Below are positions 1 to 9,684 of a DNA stretch of 64,000 nucleotides, piece by piece; positions within the stretch are counted from its first letter, which is position 1, and each line of letters opens with the position of its first letter. The notes below the pieces were generated by a model. It did no database searches, was not told where the DNA came from, and saw only the letters and a list, made by a program, of their open reading frames with translations. The DNA is taken from positions 96,001 through 160,000 of the forward strand of contig CAWJGT010000034.1 in assembly GCA_963842525.1 (NCBI GenBank), in the 5' to 3' direction. This stretch comes from an uncultured Holophagales bacterium. Lineage in GTDB: Bacteria > Acidobacteriota > Thermoanaerobaculia > Multivoradales > UBA5704. Both the position numbers and the translations under genes were made by a program.

Positions 1-259
1 GGAAGGACCGGTCGAGATCCGCGCAAAGGTTCTGGAAACCCGCACAGCGCTGCGGCCTTCCGTCTCTCCAGGGGCAGATCCTTTCGGCCTGAGCTGGCTG
101 GCCGAACCCGGTGAGGTTCCGGCAGAGCCTCCGACGCTCTGGGCATCCCGTGGCGATCGGGAGCTGCGGATCGATCTGCGTGGCCCAGAGCGGGGTGTGG
201 ATTCTGAGGCCTCTCCGCTCTGCACGGGCTCGAAGTAGCCCCGGCTCCGCGCTGTCTCT

Positions 260-273
260 TTGACCCAGCGCAA
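260..273. promoter_or_regulatory. Possible Crp/Fnr-family palindromic site upstream of hemG
   Basis: TTGAC-CCAG-CGCAA resembles TTGAT-N4-ATCAA, within tctttg...caaaga, about 90 bp upstream of a heme biosynthesis gene. Confidence 0.3.
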
Positions 274-360
274 AGACCGCCCCTCCCCCACCCCACCCCC
301 TGAGGCAGGCTACCACGGCCGTAGGCCAAGCGAGCAGAGTCCCGACATACACTGCACGCC

Positions 361-1728
361 ATGAGCGTAAGCTCCCTTCTCGACACCCTCGTCGTCGGCG
401 GCGGGATCTCCGGGCTCACCACGGCCTTCTGGCTCGCCCGGGGCGGGATGCAGGTCGCCGTCCTCGAAGCGTCGGCGCGGGTGGGCGGGGCCATGGAGAC
501 GTACGTGGACGGGCCCTGGCGGTTCGAGATGGGACCGAACACGGTCGTCGAGAGCCACGAGAGCGTGACCCGGCTGATCCGCGAGTGCGGTCTGGATGAG
601 GAAAAAATCAGCGCATTGCCGAGCGCCAAACGGCGCTACCTCTGGAAGGGGGACCGTCTTCATACCTTGCCCGGCGGGCCTCCGGGGCTCCTCAAGACGT
701 CCCTCTTCTCCAAGCGCGCCAAGCTCCGCTTGCTCAGGGAGCCGTTCATCTCCCGTTCGGAGAGCGACACGGAGGAGACCATCGCCCAGTTTGTCCGCCG
801 CCGGCTGGGGTCCGAATTCCTGGACTTCGCGGTAAGCCCGTTCGTCTCTGGTGTCTACGCCGGCGATCCGGAACGGTTGTCGGTGCGCTGGGCAGTCCCG
901 AGGATCCATGCCCTCGAACAGGACCACGGCAGCCTGATCCGCGGCGCCCTGGCCAAGCGGAAGGGGCCTGCACCGGGCGGAGCGATGATCTCCTTCCGGG
1001 ACGGCCTCGAATCCCTCCCCCACCGCTTGGCCGAGAGGATAGGAGACGTGCGGACCGGCGTGGCTTGTCGGCGCATCGTACGGACCGGTACGGGCTTTCG
1101 GGCCGAGACCGACGCCGGGCCAGTGGACGCACGAAAGATCATCCTTGCCGTCCCGGCAGATGCCGCGGCCCGGCTCCTCGACGAGGCCACGGCCGGAGCA
1201 AGCCGGGCCTTCGCTGAGATCCCCTATGCCCCTGTAGCCGTGGTCGCCCTCGGCTACCGCCGGGAGGACGTTATGCACGCACTGGATGGCTTCGGCTTCC
1301 TCGTCCCACGCCGGCAGGGTCTGCGCATCCTGGGCTGCCTCTTCCCCTCCTCGATCTTTCCGGAGCGGGCGCCGGACAGGCACGTCGCCCTGACCGTCTT
1401 CGTCGGCGGCAGGACCGATCCGGAGATCGTGGAGCGGAACAACGAAGATGTCCTCACGGTAGTCGAAGGGGACCTCCAGCGTGCCCTCGGGATCCGCGGC
1501 GAGCCCGTCTACCACATTGTCCGCCGCTGGCCGCGGGCCATCCCGCAGTACGAGATCGGCCACGGACGCTTCGTCGAGCTGGGCGAGAAGATCGAGCGCG
1601 ACCTCCCAGGCCTCCTTCTCAGCGGCAACTATCTCCGCGGCGTTTCAGTCCCGGACTGCATCAAGAACGCGACGGCGCTGGCCGAGGTTCTCCAAGAGCG
1701 TTTTGACGCGAAGAAGACTTTGGAGTAG
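361..1728 (+). CDS. hemG: Protoporphyrinogen/coproporphyrinogen III oxidase (HemY/HemG flavoprotein)
   Basis: GGGISGL FAD motif, FEMGPN, GVYAGDP, GFGFLVP, RWPRAIPQY, GNYLRGVSVPDCI. Confidence 0.92.
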   Translation: MSVSSLLDTLVVGGGISGLTTAFWLARGGMQVAVLEASARVGGAMETYVDGPWRFEMGPNTVVESHESVTRLIRECGLDEEKISALPSAKRRYLWKGDRLHTLPGGPPGLLKTSLFSKRAKLRLLREPFISRSESDTEETIAQFVRRRLGSEFLDFAVSPFVSGVYAGDPERLSVRWAVPRIHALEQDHGSLIRGALAKRKGPAPGGAMISFRDGLESLPHRLAERIGDVRTGVACRRIVRTGTGFRAETDAGPVDARKIILAVPADAAARLLDEATAGASRAFAEIPYAPVAVVALGYRREDVMHALDGFGFLVPRRQGLRILGCLFPSSIFPERAPDRHVALTVFVGGRTDPEIVERNNEDVLTVVEGDLQRALGIRGEPVYHIVRRWPRAIPQYEIGHGRFVELGEKIERDLPGLLLSGNYLRGVSVPDCIKNATALAEVLQERFDAKKTLE

Positions 1729-1737
1729 AATACACGC

Positions 1738-1941
1738 ATGAGCATCCACGCCAAGAGGCACTTGGACCTCCGAACGCCAGCAGCGGCCCCCGATCGGGAA
1801 GCCGAGAATCGTCCCAGGGCCGAAAGCGGGAAGTCCGGGCGCTTCGTTGTGCGCCCGAAGGCGCTCGATGCTCACCCCGGTCTCGATTTCGATGACATTG
1901 AGGGATTATTGGACCATCTCGAAGGTCCACGCCGACAGTGA
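1738..1941 (+). CDS. VapB-like antitoxin (C-terminal part recognisable; DNA-binding N-terminus atypical)
   Basis: 67 aa, overlaps the downstream PIN gene by GTGA; C-terminal FVVRPKALD..PGLDFDDIEGLLDHLEGP. Confidence 0.6.
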   Translation: MSIHAKRHLDLRTPAAAPDREAENRPRAESGKSGRFVVRPKALDAHPGLDFDDIEGLLDHLEGPRRQ

Positions 1942-2380
1942 TCCTCGTCGACGCGAATCTCCTCATCTACGCCTACGACCGCAGCAGCCCGTTCCACGCT
2001 CCCGCGCGGCTTTGGCTGGAAGGCTGCTTCTCTTCTCAATCGCCAATCCGGCTCTGCTGGATGACCGTGTCCGCTTTCCTGCGAATCACGACCAACCCGA
2101 GCTCCTTCAAAAATCCTTTCTCGATTCTGGAGGCGACGAGGATTGTGGAGGACTGGTTCGCCCAACCTGGGGTAGATCTCCTGTATCCCGGTGAGCGCCA
2201 TTGGAGCATCCTCCGGGAGCTTGTCTCCGAGGCCAATGCGACCGGGCCTTGATCAGCGATGCCCGCCTCGCGGCTCTTGCCATAGAGCACGAGGCTACGC
2301 TTCATACCACCGACAGGGACTTCTCACTTTTCAAGGGGCTCAGGCTGCGGAACCCTCTCGCTGCAAATAGCTCGGTTTAA
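1938..2380 (+). CDS. vapC: VapC PIN-domain toxin, apparent frameshift near 2250
   Basis: MILVDANLLIYA N-terminus; another frame continues LISDARLAALAIEHEATLHTTDRDFSLFKGLRLRNPL to TAA at 2378-2380. Confidence 0.85.
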
Positions 2381-2397
2381 TATTGTAAGTCCTTCGA

Positions 2398-3216
2398 TCA
2401 TCGAGTCGGCGCCGCTGCCGTATCCTTTTTCTCCACTCCCTTCGCTTTCTCCGCTTTTTCTTTCGCCGCCTTCTCCTGCTCTTCCTTCATTTTCTTTTCC
2501 GCCGCCCTCCGCTCCTCCTCCCTCTTGTCATCGGCGTCGTGGACCTTCCCCAGGTGCTCGAAGAAGGACATCTTCTCATTCATCTGGAAAAGCGAGGCCT
2601 TTGGATCGCGCCAGAGGATCGGCCGCAGGAAGGTCGCGGCCTGGAGGGAGACGAGGGCGAAGAGCAGCAGCCAGAGGATCATGCCCCGGGCTCCGGATGC
2701 GGCAAGCGCTCGACCCAGGAACCGCCATCCGACCGCGAGGGCGATCAGCCACAGCGCGACGTGCAGCCACACGACCGAGGCGAGATAGCGGCTGCTCACC
2801 GAAAAGAGCCAGGAGATCGGCAGCAGCGCGGCAAGCAGGAGCGACAGGATGCCGGCGAAGCCGGCCATGACGGCCAGGAAGCTCCGCGGCGTCCACCGCG
2901 CTCCGGCGAGCGCGCCGAAGACGTAGAGGCTCGGCGCACAGAGCAGCAACGTGAGCGCCAGGATCAGCGGCGCTTTGAACGCCGCGATCAGGATCTGCGA
3001 TCCCCCCTGGAAGAAACCGGCCGCCACGCCGTACAGCGCATAGCCGACGAACGAGCCGGCGAGCAGACGGAGGGGCACCGACGACTGAGCGTGCCGCGAC
3101 CGCTCGATCACGGCCAGCGGCTGCACGAGCAACTCGTTGAAGGAGCCCAGAAGGGTCCGGGGCTCAGGGTGTCCACCTTCAGGCAAGAGCGGAGTTTCCA
3201 TGCGGGTCTCTCCCAT
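2398..3216 (-). CDS. Multi-pass membrane protein, paralogue of the adjacent gene
   Basis: Several hydrophobic helices; KAPLIL/LRP motifs shared with 3220-3930; Lys/Glu-rich tail. Confidence 0.7.
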   Translation of the reverse strand: MGETRMETPLLPEGGHPEPRTLLGSFNELLVQPLAVIERSRHAQSSVPLRLLAGSFVGYALYGVAAGFFQGGSQILIAAFKAPLILALTLLLCAPSLYVFGALAGARWTPRSFLAVMAGFAGILSLLLAALLPISWLFSVSSRYLASVVWLHVALWLIALAVGWRFLGRALAASGARGMILWLLLFALVSLQAATFLRPILWRDPKASLFQMNEKMSFFEHLGKVHDADDKREEERRAAEKKMKEEQEKAAKEKAEKAKGVEKKDTAAAPTR

Positions 3217-3219
3217 CCA

Positions 3220-3930
3220 TCAAATCGACACAAGGTGAGGAAGGATGTCCGTGAAGATGAACTCGTAGACGTTGCCGTCCAGAGCATCCCCACGGAGAAA
3301 GACGACGGGAACGTAGACGCTCCCCACGAACGGGCGCAGGGCCCAGGCCACCTCCCCGCCCACCAGGGCATAGGTCACGACCCAGAGCAGGTAGACGGTG
3401 CGGACGCTCCGCAGGGGTGCGTCAAGCCGCCGCATCGCCCGCCAGAGGACGGCCGTACCGGCCAGGCCGCACCCGCCCACGAAGGCCGTATGCATCAAAT
3501 ACAAGAGGTTGTGCGCGGTCCGCGCCTGCGTCCCCGGAGCGGGGGCGCAAAAGGTGAACAGCCACGCCACCGGGGCGAGCGAAGCCAGCAGCAGGCTGGC
3601 GACGGCCAGGGCCAGGAAGGTGAGGACTGCCATCTGGCCGAGCCCCAGGGTCAGCCCGAGCACACGGGCCGCGGTCCACGCGAAAACGACCGTGAGCGCC
3701 GAGGTCAGCAGCAGGACGAGAGGAAATTTGACCGCCACGTAGAAGGATAGCTCGGCGCCATGCCACATGCCGAGGACCGCGCCATAGAGCGCGGCGCCGG
3801 CGATCATGACGGCGCTGAGGACGAGCCAGTGCCGCACCAGGCCGCGTCCCGCCATCACGTCGTCCAAAAGGGGCTCGAGCTGCAGCTCCCAGCCGCTGCT
3901 CCGATCTACACCGGTGTCCAAGGTTGCCAT
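3220..3930 (-). CDS. Multi-pass membrane protein
   Basis: Hydrophobic helices; KFPLVL, PVAWLF, WALRPFVG motifs. Confidence 0.7.
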   Translation of the reverse strand: MATLDTGVDRSSGWELQLEPLLDDVMAGRGLVRHWLVLSAVMIAGAALYGAVLGMWHGAELSFYVAVKFPLVLLLTSALTVVFAWTAARVLGLTLGLGQMAVLTFLALAVASLLLASLAPVAWLFTFCAPAPGTQARTAHNLLYLMHTAFVGGCGLAGTAVLWRAMRRLDAPLRSVRTVYLLWVVTYALVGGEVAWALRPFVGSVYVPVVFLRGDALDGNVYEFIFTDILPHLVSI

Positions 3931-4130
3931 AGCGATGTTCGACGTCCGGGAGGGTATACGGACCGGACCGGATCGCCGTCGCGACGGGGCCTCTTGCTAC
4001 TTTGTAAAAATGGGAACGAACGGATTTCGGCGGATCGGGAGGGAATCAGGAATGACGAGGAACCGCCCCAAAATACGGGAGGGGCCCCGGGCAGACCCGA
4101 GACCCCCGTTGCGCCTGCAGACGGAACCGC

Positions 4131-4400
4131 TCAGCGGACAGCGCCGCGGCGGAACAGGTTGACGATGGCCAGCAGGACGATCGCCCCGACCAGAGAGATC
4201 AGAAGACCCGAAAGGCTGAAGTCTCCCTGGGTGATGGAGCCTGTGCCGAACAGCGGAGCCAGCAACACACCGGCGAGCAAGGCGCCGACGATGCCGACGA
4301 CGATGTTGAGAATGACGCCCTGCTGGGCATTGGTACGCATGACCATGCTGGCGATCCAGCCAATCAGGCCACCGACGATGAGCATAATGATGATGTTCAT
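4131..4400 (-). CDS. GlsB/YeaQ/YmgE family (transglycosylase-associated) stress membrane protein
   Basis: LIVGGLIGWIAS...LNIVVGIVGA...SLVGAIVLLAIVNLFRRG; RBS AAGGAGG. Confidence 0.9.
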   Translation of the reverse strand: MNIIIMLIVGGLIGWIASMVMRTNAQQGVILNIVVGIVGALLAGVLLAPLFGTGSITQGDFSLSGLLISLVGAIVLLAIVNLFRRGAVR

Positions 4401-4536
4401 GAGCCTAACCTCCTTCGTTGGTGAAGCTTGTTGATGAAAGTTTCTTATCCCTCTCCCTTCGCCTCCGATCCCCTCCTAGAGCAACAGTCATGCCATGTGG
4501 TGAGCTCCGGACTCCACTAGAATCCCTTCGGCTCTC

Positions 4537-5493
4537 ATGGACACCTCGCTCCCCACGGACCCCTCACCGCCCACGCCGGCACCACCGCGTCCGCGCTGGC
4601 ATCCGGTCGTCCGTTCGCTCCTGTTCGTGGTGGCTTTCCAGATCATCACCGCGGCCGCGGCGACCCCTGTCGTCCTGTTCCTCTGGATCACCCGCGGCGT
4701 CATCAACCTGACCGGCGAGGCGCTGCTGGTCGTCAATGCCCTCGCCGCACCGCTGTTGGTCCTGGTGACGCGCCTCTTCGTGCACTACCTCGACCGCCGG
4801 AGTCTGGCGAGCCTGGGCGCCCGCTGGCCGGCCGGAGGGAAGAGGGCGGCGCTCCGCCAGGCCCTCGTCCTGACGCCGGTGGTCCTCGGCCTGCTCGGCC
4901 TCTGGTGGCTGCTTCTGGATGCGCTCCCCGTCAGCGAGATCCAGGCCGCGGGATGGAGCGACGGCATGCGGGCCGCCGGCTGGAAGGGCCCGCTGTTCCT
5001 GGTCCTTCTGGCCGCCGGGTTCCTGGTGCAGGGAAGCGTCGAGGAGTGGGTGGTCCGGGGGTACGTCTACCACGCGCTCAAGGAGCGCTGGCGCTGGTGG
5101 GCCGCGGCCCTCACGTCCTCCCTGCTCTTCGCGGGGCTCCATGCGATCAATCCGGACTTCTCGTGGGTTGGCATGATTAACACGTTCCTCGCCGGCCTGA
5201 TCTTCGCCCTGCTGGTCGAGCGCAGCGGCAGTCTCTGGGGCGCCTGCGTGGCCCATGGCGCCTGGAACTTCGCCCTGGCCTCCCTGTTCTCGCTGCCGGT
5301 CAGCGGCATCCGCGTCTTCCACCTGCTCGACGTCCGGGTCGAGGGTCCGGAGCTGTTGACCGGAGGCGGTTTCGGGGCGGAGGGGAGTCTCCTGCTGACG
5401 GTCCTCGCCCTGCCCCTCGTCCCGCTCCTCTGGCCGCGGCGCAGGCCCGCTCCGGCGGACACCGCGAGCACAGAAGAGGGGACTGTCCTCTGA
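4537..5493 (+). CDS. CPBP family (type II CAAX) intramembrane glutamic endopeptidase
   Basis: EEWVVRG, FAGLH and HGAWN motifs. Confidence 0.9.
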   Translation: MDTSLPTDPSPPTPAPPRPRWHPVVRSLLFVVAFQIITAAAATPVVLFLWITRGVINLTGEALLVVNALAAPLLVLVTRLFVHYLDRRSLASLGARWPAGGKRAALRQALVLTPVVLGLLGLWWLLLDALPVSEIQAAGWSDGMRAAGWKGPLFLVLLAAGFLVQGSVEEWVVRGYVYHALKERWRWWAAALTSSLLFAGLHAINPDFSWVGMINTFLAGLIFALLVERSGSLWGACVAHGAWNFALASLFSLPVSGIRVFHLLDVRVEGPELLTGGGFGAEGSLLLTVLALPLVPLLWPRRRPAPADTASTEEGTVL

Positions 5494-5611
5494 AATTTCC
5501 CGAAAACCGGGCCGGGTGTAAGCTGGAGAGGACGTTTTTATGGTCCTCCTCCCCGGAACGGACGTGGCGCACCCCTTGCACAACCCGGATTCAAAGCCGG
5601 AGGAGCTGCCC

Positions 5612-7453
5612 TTGAGAAAGCTTGGCCTCGCCATTCTTGCTGCCCTGCCCCTGCTGTTCCCTCGCCCTGCCCTCTCCGCCCCTCCCGAAGCCGAGCCGGC
5701 ATTCGGCGAGCAGGTCGAGGTCAACGTCGTCAACGTCGAGGTCTACGTGACCGACAAGGACGGCCACCGCGTCCCGGGCCTGCGGCGGGAGGACTTCGAG
5801 CTGCTGGAGGACGGCCGGCCGATGGACGTCGTGAACTTCACGGCCTTCGAGCGGCACGCCGCCCCTGCTCCCGCGGAGCCGGGAGCGAGCCCCGCAGCCG
5901 CCATCGCCGACCCGATGACCATCGTGGTCTACGTCGACAATGCCAACGTCAGTCCGGCCCACCGCACCCGGGCCGTGCGGCAGCTCCGGGAGTTCCTGAC
6001 CCAGAGCCTCGCTCCCGGCGACAAGGTCATGCTGGTCTCGTACGATCTCGGCCTGAAGATCCGGCTGCCCCTCACGGAAGACCGGGCGGCCCTCGCCCGG
6101 GCCCTGGAGGGGACGGAGAAGGCCGCCGCGACCGGAGGCGAGACCGAACGGGCCCGCAGCCAGGCCCTGCGCGACATCTTCCAGGCCCGCGCGACCGGCC
6201 TTGCGGATCCGGAGCCGGACCATCGGACTCCCTGTCCCCTCGACATCGTCCAACCCGCACGGAGCTATGCGGAGGCGGCCCGCGGCGAAGTGCTCCGCAC
6301 CATCGGCGCGCTGACCGTCCTGGTCAACTCCCTCTCCGGCGTGCCGGGCCGCAAAGCGGTGCTCCACGTCAGCGATGGGATCTCGATCATTCCGGGCCAG
6401 GAGGTCTTCCAGGTCCTCGCGGAGCTCTGCGGCGGCGGCTCTGCCGAGCCGGTCGACCGCACGGCACAAGGGAGGGCACCTACCGGCGCGGAGCGACGGA
6501 TGCTCAATGCCGCAGACGAGGAGGCAGGCGCCGCCCTGGAGGCGACCTGGAGCCAGGCCGCACAGGCCCGTTCCTACCGGGGCACCCAGGCACCCATCGA
6601 CGCCCAGGCCTACAGCACCGCCAAGGAGTGGAGCGCTCTGGCGGCCCACGCGAGCTCGCACCGCGTGACCTTGTACACGCTCCAGGCGAGCGGCGCCGAG
6701 ACCCTTGCTGCCGCGTCAGCCAGCGGCGGGCCGGCCGAGCAGATCCTGCAGACCTCCTCCATCGCGTCGATCGACGAGAACAACCGCAAGGGCTCCCTCT
6801 CTGCCCTGGCCGCGGACACCGGAGGCCGCGCCGTCTTCAACGCGAACGACCTCCGGCCGGCGCTCGCCAGCATCCAGGAGGACTTCGGGACCTATTACTC
6901 CCTCGGTTACAGCCCCGCGCACTCGGGCGACGGCAAGGAGCATCGCATCGAGGTCAAGGTCAAGCGTCCCGGCGTCCAGGCCCGGTACCGGCGGACCTAC
7001 CGCGACAAGCCGCTCCTGGAGCGCACCGTCGATCGCACCCTCGCGGTCCTCTTCTACGGCGTCGAGGACAACCCGCTGGAGATCGGCATGGAGATCGGCG
7101 ATCCCGCGCCGGCCGACGGGGGCAAGTTCGCCGTCCCCGTCCGTCTGCGCATCCCGCTGTTCAAGGTGGGCACCGAGATGAAGGCGGAGGACTACCAGGC
7201 CCGGGTCCGCCTGTTGGTGGCGACGCGCGGCGCGGACGGCACCAGCTCCCCCGTCCGCCAGGTCCAGGTCCCGATCCGCATCCCGCGCGAGCAGGCCATG
7301 ACAGCCCTCTCCCAGTACTACCTCTACGAGCTGACCCTCCACCTCGGCCCCGGCGAGCAGCGGGTCGCCGTGGCCGTACGGGACGACATGACGCTGCTGA
7401 CGTCTTTCCTGGGCCGGACGGTGCAGGTCGGGGGGGACGCGTCCAGCCGCTGA
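5612..7453 (+). CDS. Secreted VWA-domain protein (acidobacterial VWFA-related type)
   Basis: Signal peptide after GGAGGAG RBS (TTG start); VNVVNVEVYVTDKDG, PGRKAVLHVSDG, LAADTGGRAVFN, YYSLGY. Confidence 0.85.
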   Translation: MRKLGLAILAALPLLFPRPALSAPPEAEPAFGEQVEVNVVNVEVYVTDKDGHRVPGLRREDFELLEDGRPMDVVNFTAFERHAAPAPAEPGASPAAAIADPMTIVVYVDNANVSPAHRTRAVRQLREFLTQSLAPGDKVMLVSYDLGLKIRLPLTEDRAALARALEGTEKAAATGGETERARSQALRDIFQARATGLADPEPDHRTPCPLDIVQPARSYAEAARGEVLRTIGALTVLVNSLSGVPGRKAVLHVSDGISIIPGQEVFQVLAELCGGGSAEPVDRTAQGRAPTGAERRMLNAADEEAGAALEATWSQAAQARSYRGTQAPIDAQAYSTAKEWSALAAHASSHRVTLYTLQASGAETLAAASASGGPAEQILQTSSIASIDENNRKGSLSALAADTGGRAVFNANDLRPALASIQEDFGTYYSLGYSPAHSGDGKEHRIEVKVKRPGVQARYRRTYRDKPLLERTVDRTLAVLFYGVEDNPLEIGMEIGDPAPADGGKFAVPVRLRIPLFKVGTEMKAEDYQARVRLLVATRGADGTSSPVRQVQVPIRIPREQAMTALSQYYLYELTLHLGPGEQRVAVAVRDDMTLLTSFLGRTVQVGGDASSR

Positions 7454-7454
7454 G

Positions 7455-7490
7455 CCTCACCCCTGTCCCCCTCTTCAGGGAGAGGGGGAC
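7455..7490. repeat. REP-like family A, short copy
   Basis: CCTCACCCCTGTCCCCCTCT..GGGAGAGGGGGAC immediately after the TGA. Confidence 0.75.
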
Positions 7491-7613
7491 CGGCCTGCGT
7501 CGCGCTTGTATCCCCGGCTTTGTTTCTATAAGATTCCTACGTTTCTTGCCGTCTCCCTCTCTTGTTTTCTGCTGGATCGGTTTTTCCTGTCGTCGACGAC
7601 GACGGAGACCTGG

Positions 7614-9336
7614 ATGTCTGTGCGCGCAGCCCACGTCACGGGCCCTTCCGACCTGGTCGTCAGGACGCTGGTCCTGACCGACCTGGTGGACAGCACGAAG
7701 ATCCTGGAGCGGATCGGCGATGAGCGCTCCGTGGGCGTCTCGGTCCGCCACGACAGGGTCGCCCGCGACCTGCTGATGCGGTTCGGCGGCCGGGAGATCG
7801 ACAAGACCGACGGTTTCCTCCTCCTCTTCGACCGCCCGGCCGACGCCCTGGCCTACGCCCTGGCCTATCACGAGGCCCTCCTCGACCTGTCGAAAGAGAT
7901 CAGTGTGCAGCTCCGGGCGCGAGTGGGCATCCACTTGGGCGAGGTCTTCCTGCGGGAAAACCCGCCGGAGGACGTAGCCCGCGGCGCCAAGCCGCTGGAG
8001 GTCGAGGGCATCGCCAAGCCCACCGCCGCCCGCCTGATGTCGCTTGCCCGAGGCAAGCAGACCCTGCTGACCCGCGCCGCCTTCGACGAGTCCCGGCGCA
8101 CCTCGGCCGGGAGCGACCTCTCCCGGCGCGAGCTCGCCTGGCTGGCCTACGGCCCCTACCGGCTCGAGGGCCGCCTCCAGGTCCCCCCGCCGCCAGTGGA
8201 CATGACCGATCCAGTAATGGCTCGCGTTGCGGATCTATCTGGACATCACCCGCGACCTTGTCGCCAAAGAGCCCGCGAACACCACCTGGCGGATCGAAGA
8301 GGCCTATGCCCATGCCAACATCGGACGGGTGCAGGAGGCCCAGGGACAGGCGGAAAGGGCCCTCGGGGAGTATCGCGCAGCGCAGCGGATCACCGAAGAG
8401 CTGCTGGCGGGAGACTCGAAAAACACGGATTGGCGGCTGTTCCTGACCGACAGCCACACCAACGTCGCGAAAGTGCTGCGGGGGTTGGGCCGGCCGGAAG
8501 AGGCTCTGGCGCAGCACCGCGCCGCTCTCGAGGTCAAGCGAGCCATGGCGGCGGAGGATCCGGACAACACGTCCTGGCAGGAGCGCCTGTCCACCTCGCA
8601 CAACTACGTGGGAGGAATCCTCGAAGACATGGGCCGGCCGGAAGAGGCCGGAGAGGAGCTCCAGCGCGCCGTGGAGATCTCCCAGCGTCTGGTCGCCGGC
8701 GATCCGACAAACGCCCGCTGGCGGCGGGGGTTGGGCGCCAACCACGCACGGCTGGGCTCGATTCTGCTGTCCCGAAACCGGCCCGACCAGGCGCTCGCGC
8801 ATTTCGCGGTCCATGTCCGGATTGCCGGCGATCTGGCCGCCGCAGACCCGACGAACCTCGATTTTCTGATCGACCGAGGGGCGAGCCACCGGGTGGTCGC
8901 CAGCGCACACCTGCAGCGGAAGGCCCTGCCGGAAGCCACGGCGGAAGCACAGATCGCCGTCGACCTGCTCGAGGCTCTCGCCGCGGACAATCTGGAGGAT
9001 CGCCAGGTGCGGCAGACGCTGGTGGAAGCCCGCATCCTCCAAGGCCGAGTGCTGGACCGGCTCGGCCGGACGAGAGCGGCTCACACCTCCTGGAACCGCG
9101 CCCTCGAGCTCCTCGCAGGCCTGAAAGGCGCCGGCTCCGACCAACGGCTCCTGGCACCGCAGGCGGAAGCCTTGTTGTATCTCCATCGCGTGGAGGAAGC
9201 CCGGCCGCTGGTCGAAAAGCTGACCGCCCTCGGGTACCGCCGGTCCGATTTTCTGGAGCTCTGCCGCAGCCGGGGGATCGGGACCAGGGATGCGGCAGGG
9301 CGAGGGGAGGAAACAGCCCGACAAAAGGAGGGATGA
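7614..9336 (+). pseudogene. Class III nucleotide cyclase-like domain + TPR protein, disrupted by internal deletion/inversion at about 8160-8226
   Basis: LTDLVDST, GREIDKTDGFLLLF, RVGIHLGEV, VEGIAKPTAARLMSLA (resembles the peptide-modification-system cyclase family); TPR repeats at 8227-9336 in another frame. Confidence 0.7.
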
Positions 9337-9339
9337 GAA

Positions 9340-9684
9340 ATGGCGAGTTTTACCCTAAAAGTGAAGCTGAATACGTCCCCGTCCCCTGGCCGCTCGGCGG
9401 TCACCGTCAACCCGACCACCTTGGCGGTGTCCTTCGGCACGGACACGATCTACTGGATCCCCGCCAAAGACCAGAGCGGCTGGAAGTTCAAGAGCATTGT
9501 GTTCACCCCGTCCGAGCCGTTCGTCAACATCAAGGTGAAAGACCGTACGATCAGGGTCACCGACGAGGACGCGAATACGACCGGTGTGGTCCAGACATTC
9601 TTCTACACCTTGTATGTAAAATCGGGCACAACGGTCTTCAATTCCGATCCCTATATCCTCAACGAGCCGGAACGGCCTACGTGA
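9340..9684 (+). CDS. Small beta-rich protein, DP-EP family-like
   Basis: RBS AAGGAGG; C-terminal SDPYILNEP motif; coupled to the next gene by TGATG. Confidence 0.65.
   Translation: MASFTLKVKLNTSPSPGRSAVTVNPTTLAVSFGTDTIYWIPAKDQSGWKFKSIVFTPSEPFVNIKVKDRTIRVTDEDANTTGVVQTFFYTLYVKSGTTVFNSDPYILNEPERPT

Noticed and set aside
1-238. 3' end of an upstream gene
   Set aside because: Possibly coding up to the TAG at 236-238, but too little sequence to support a call.
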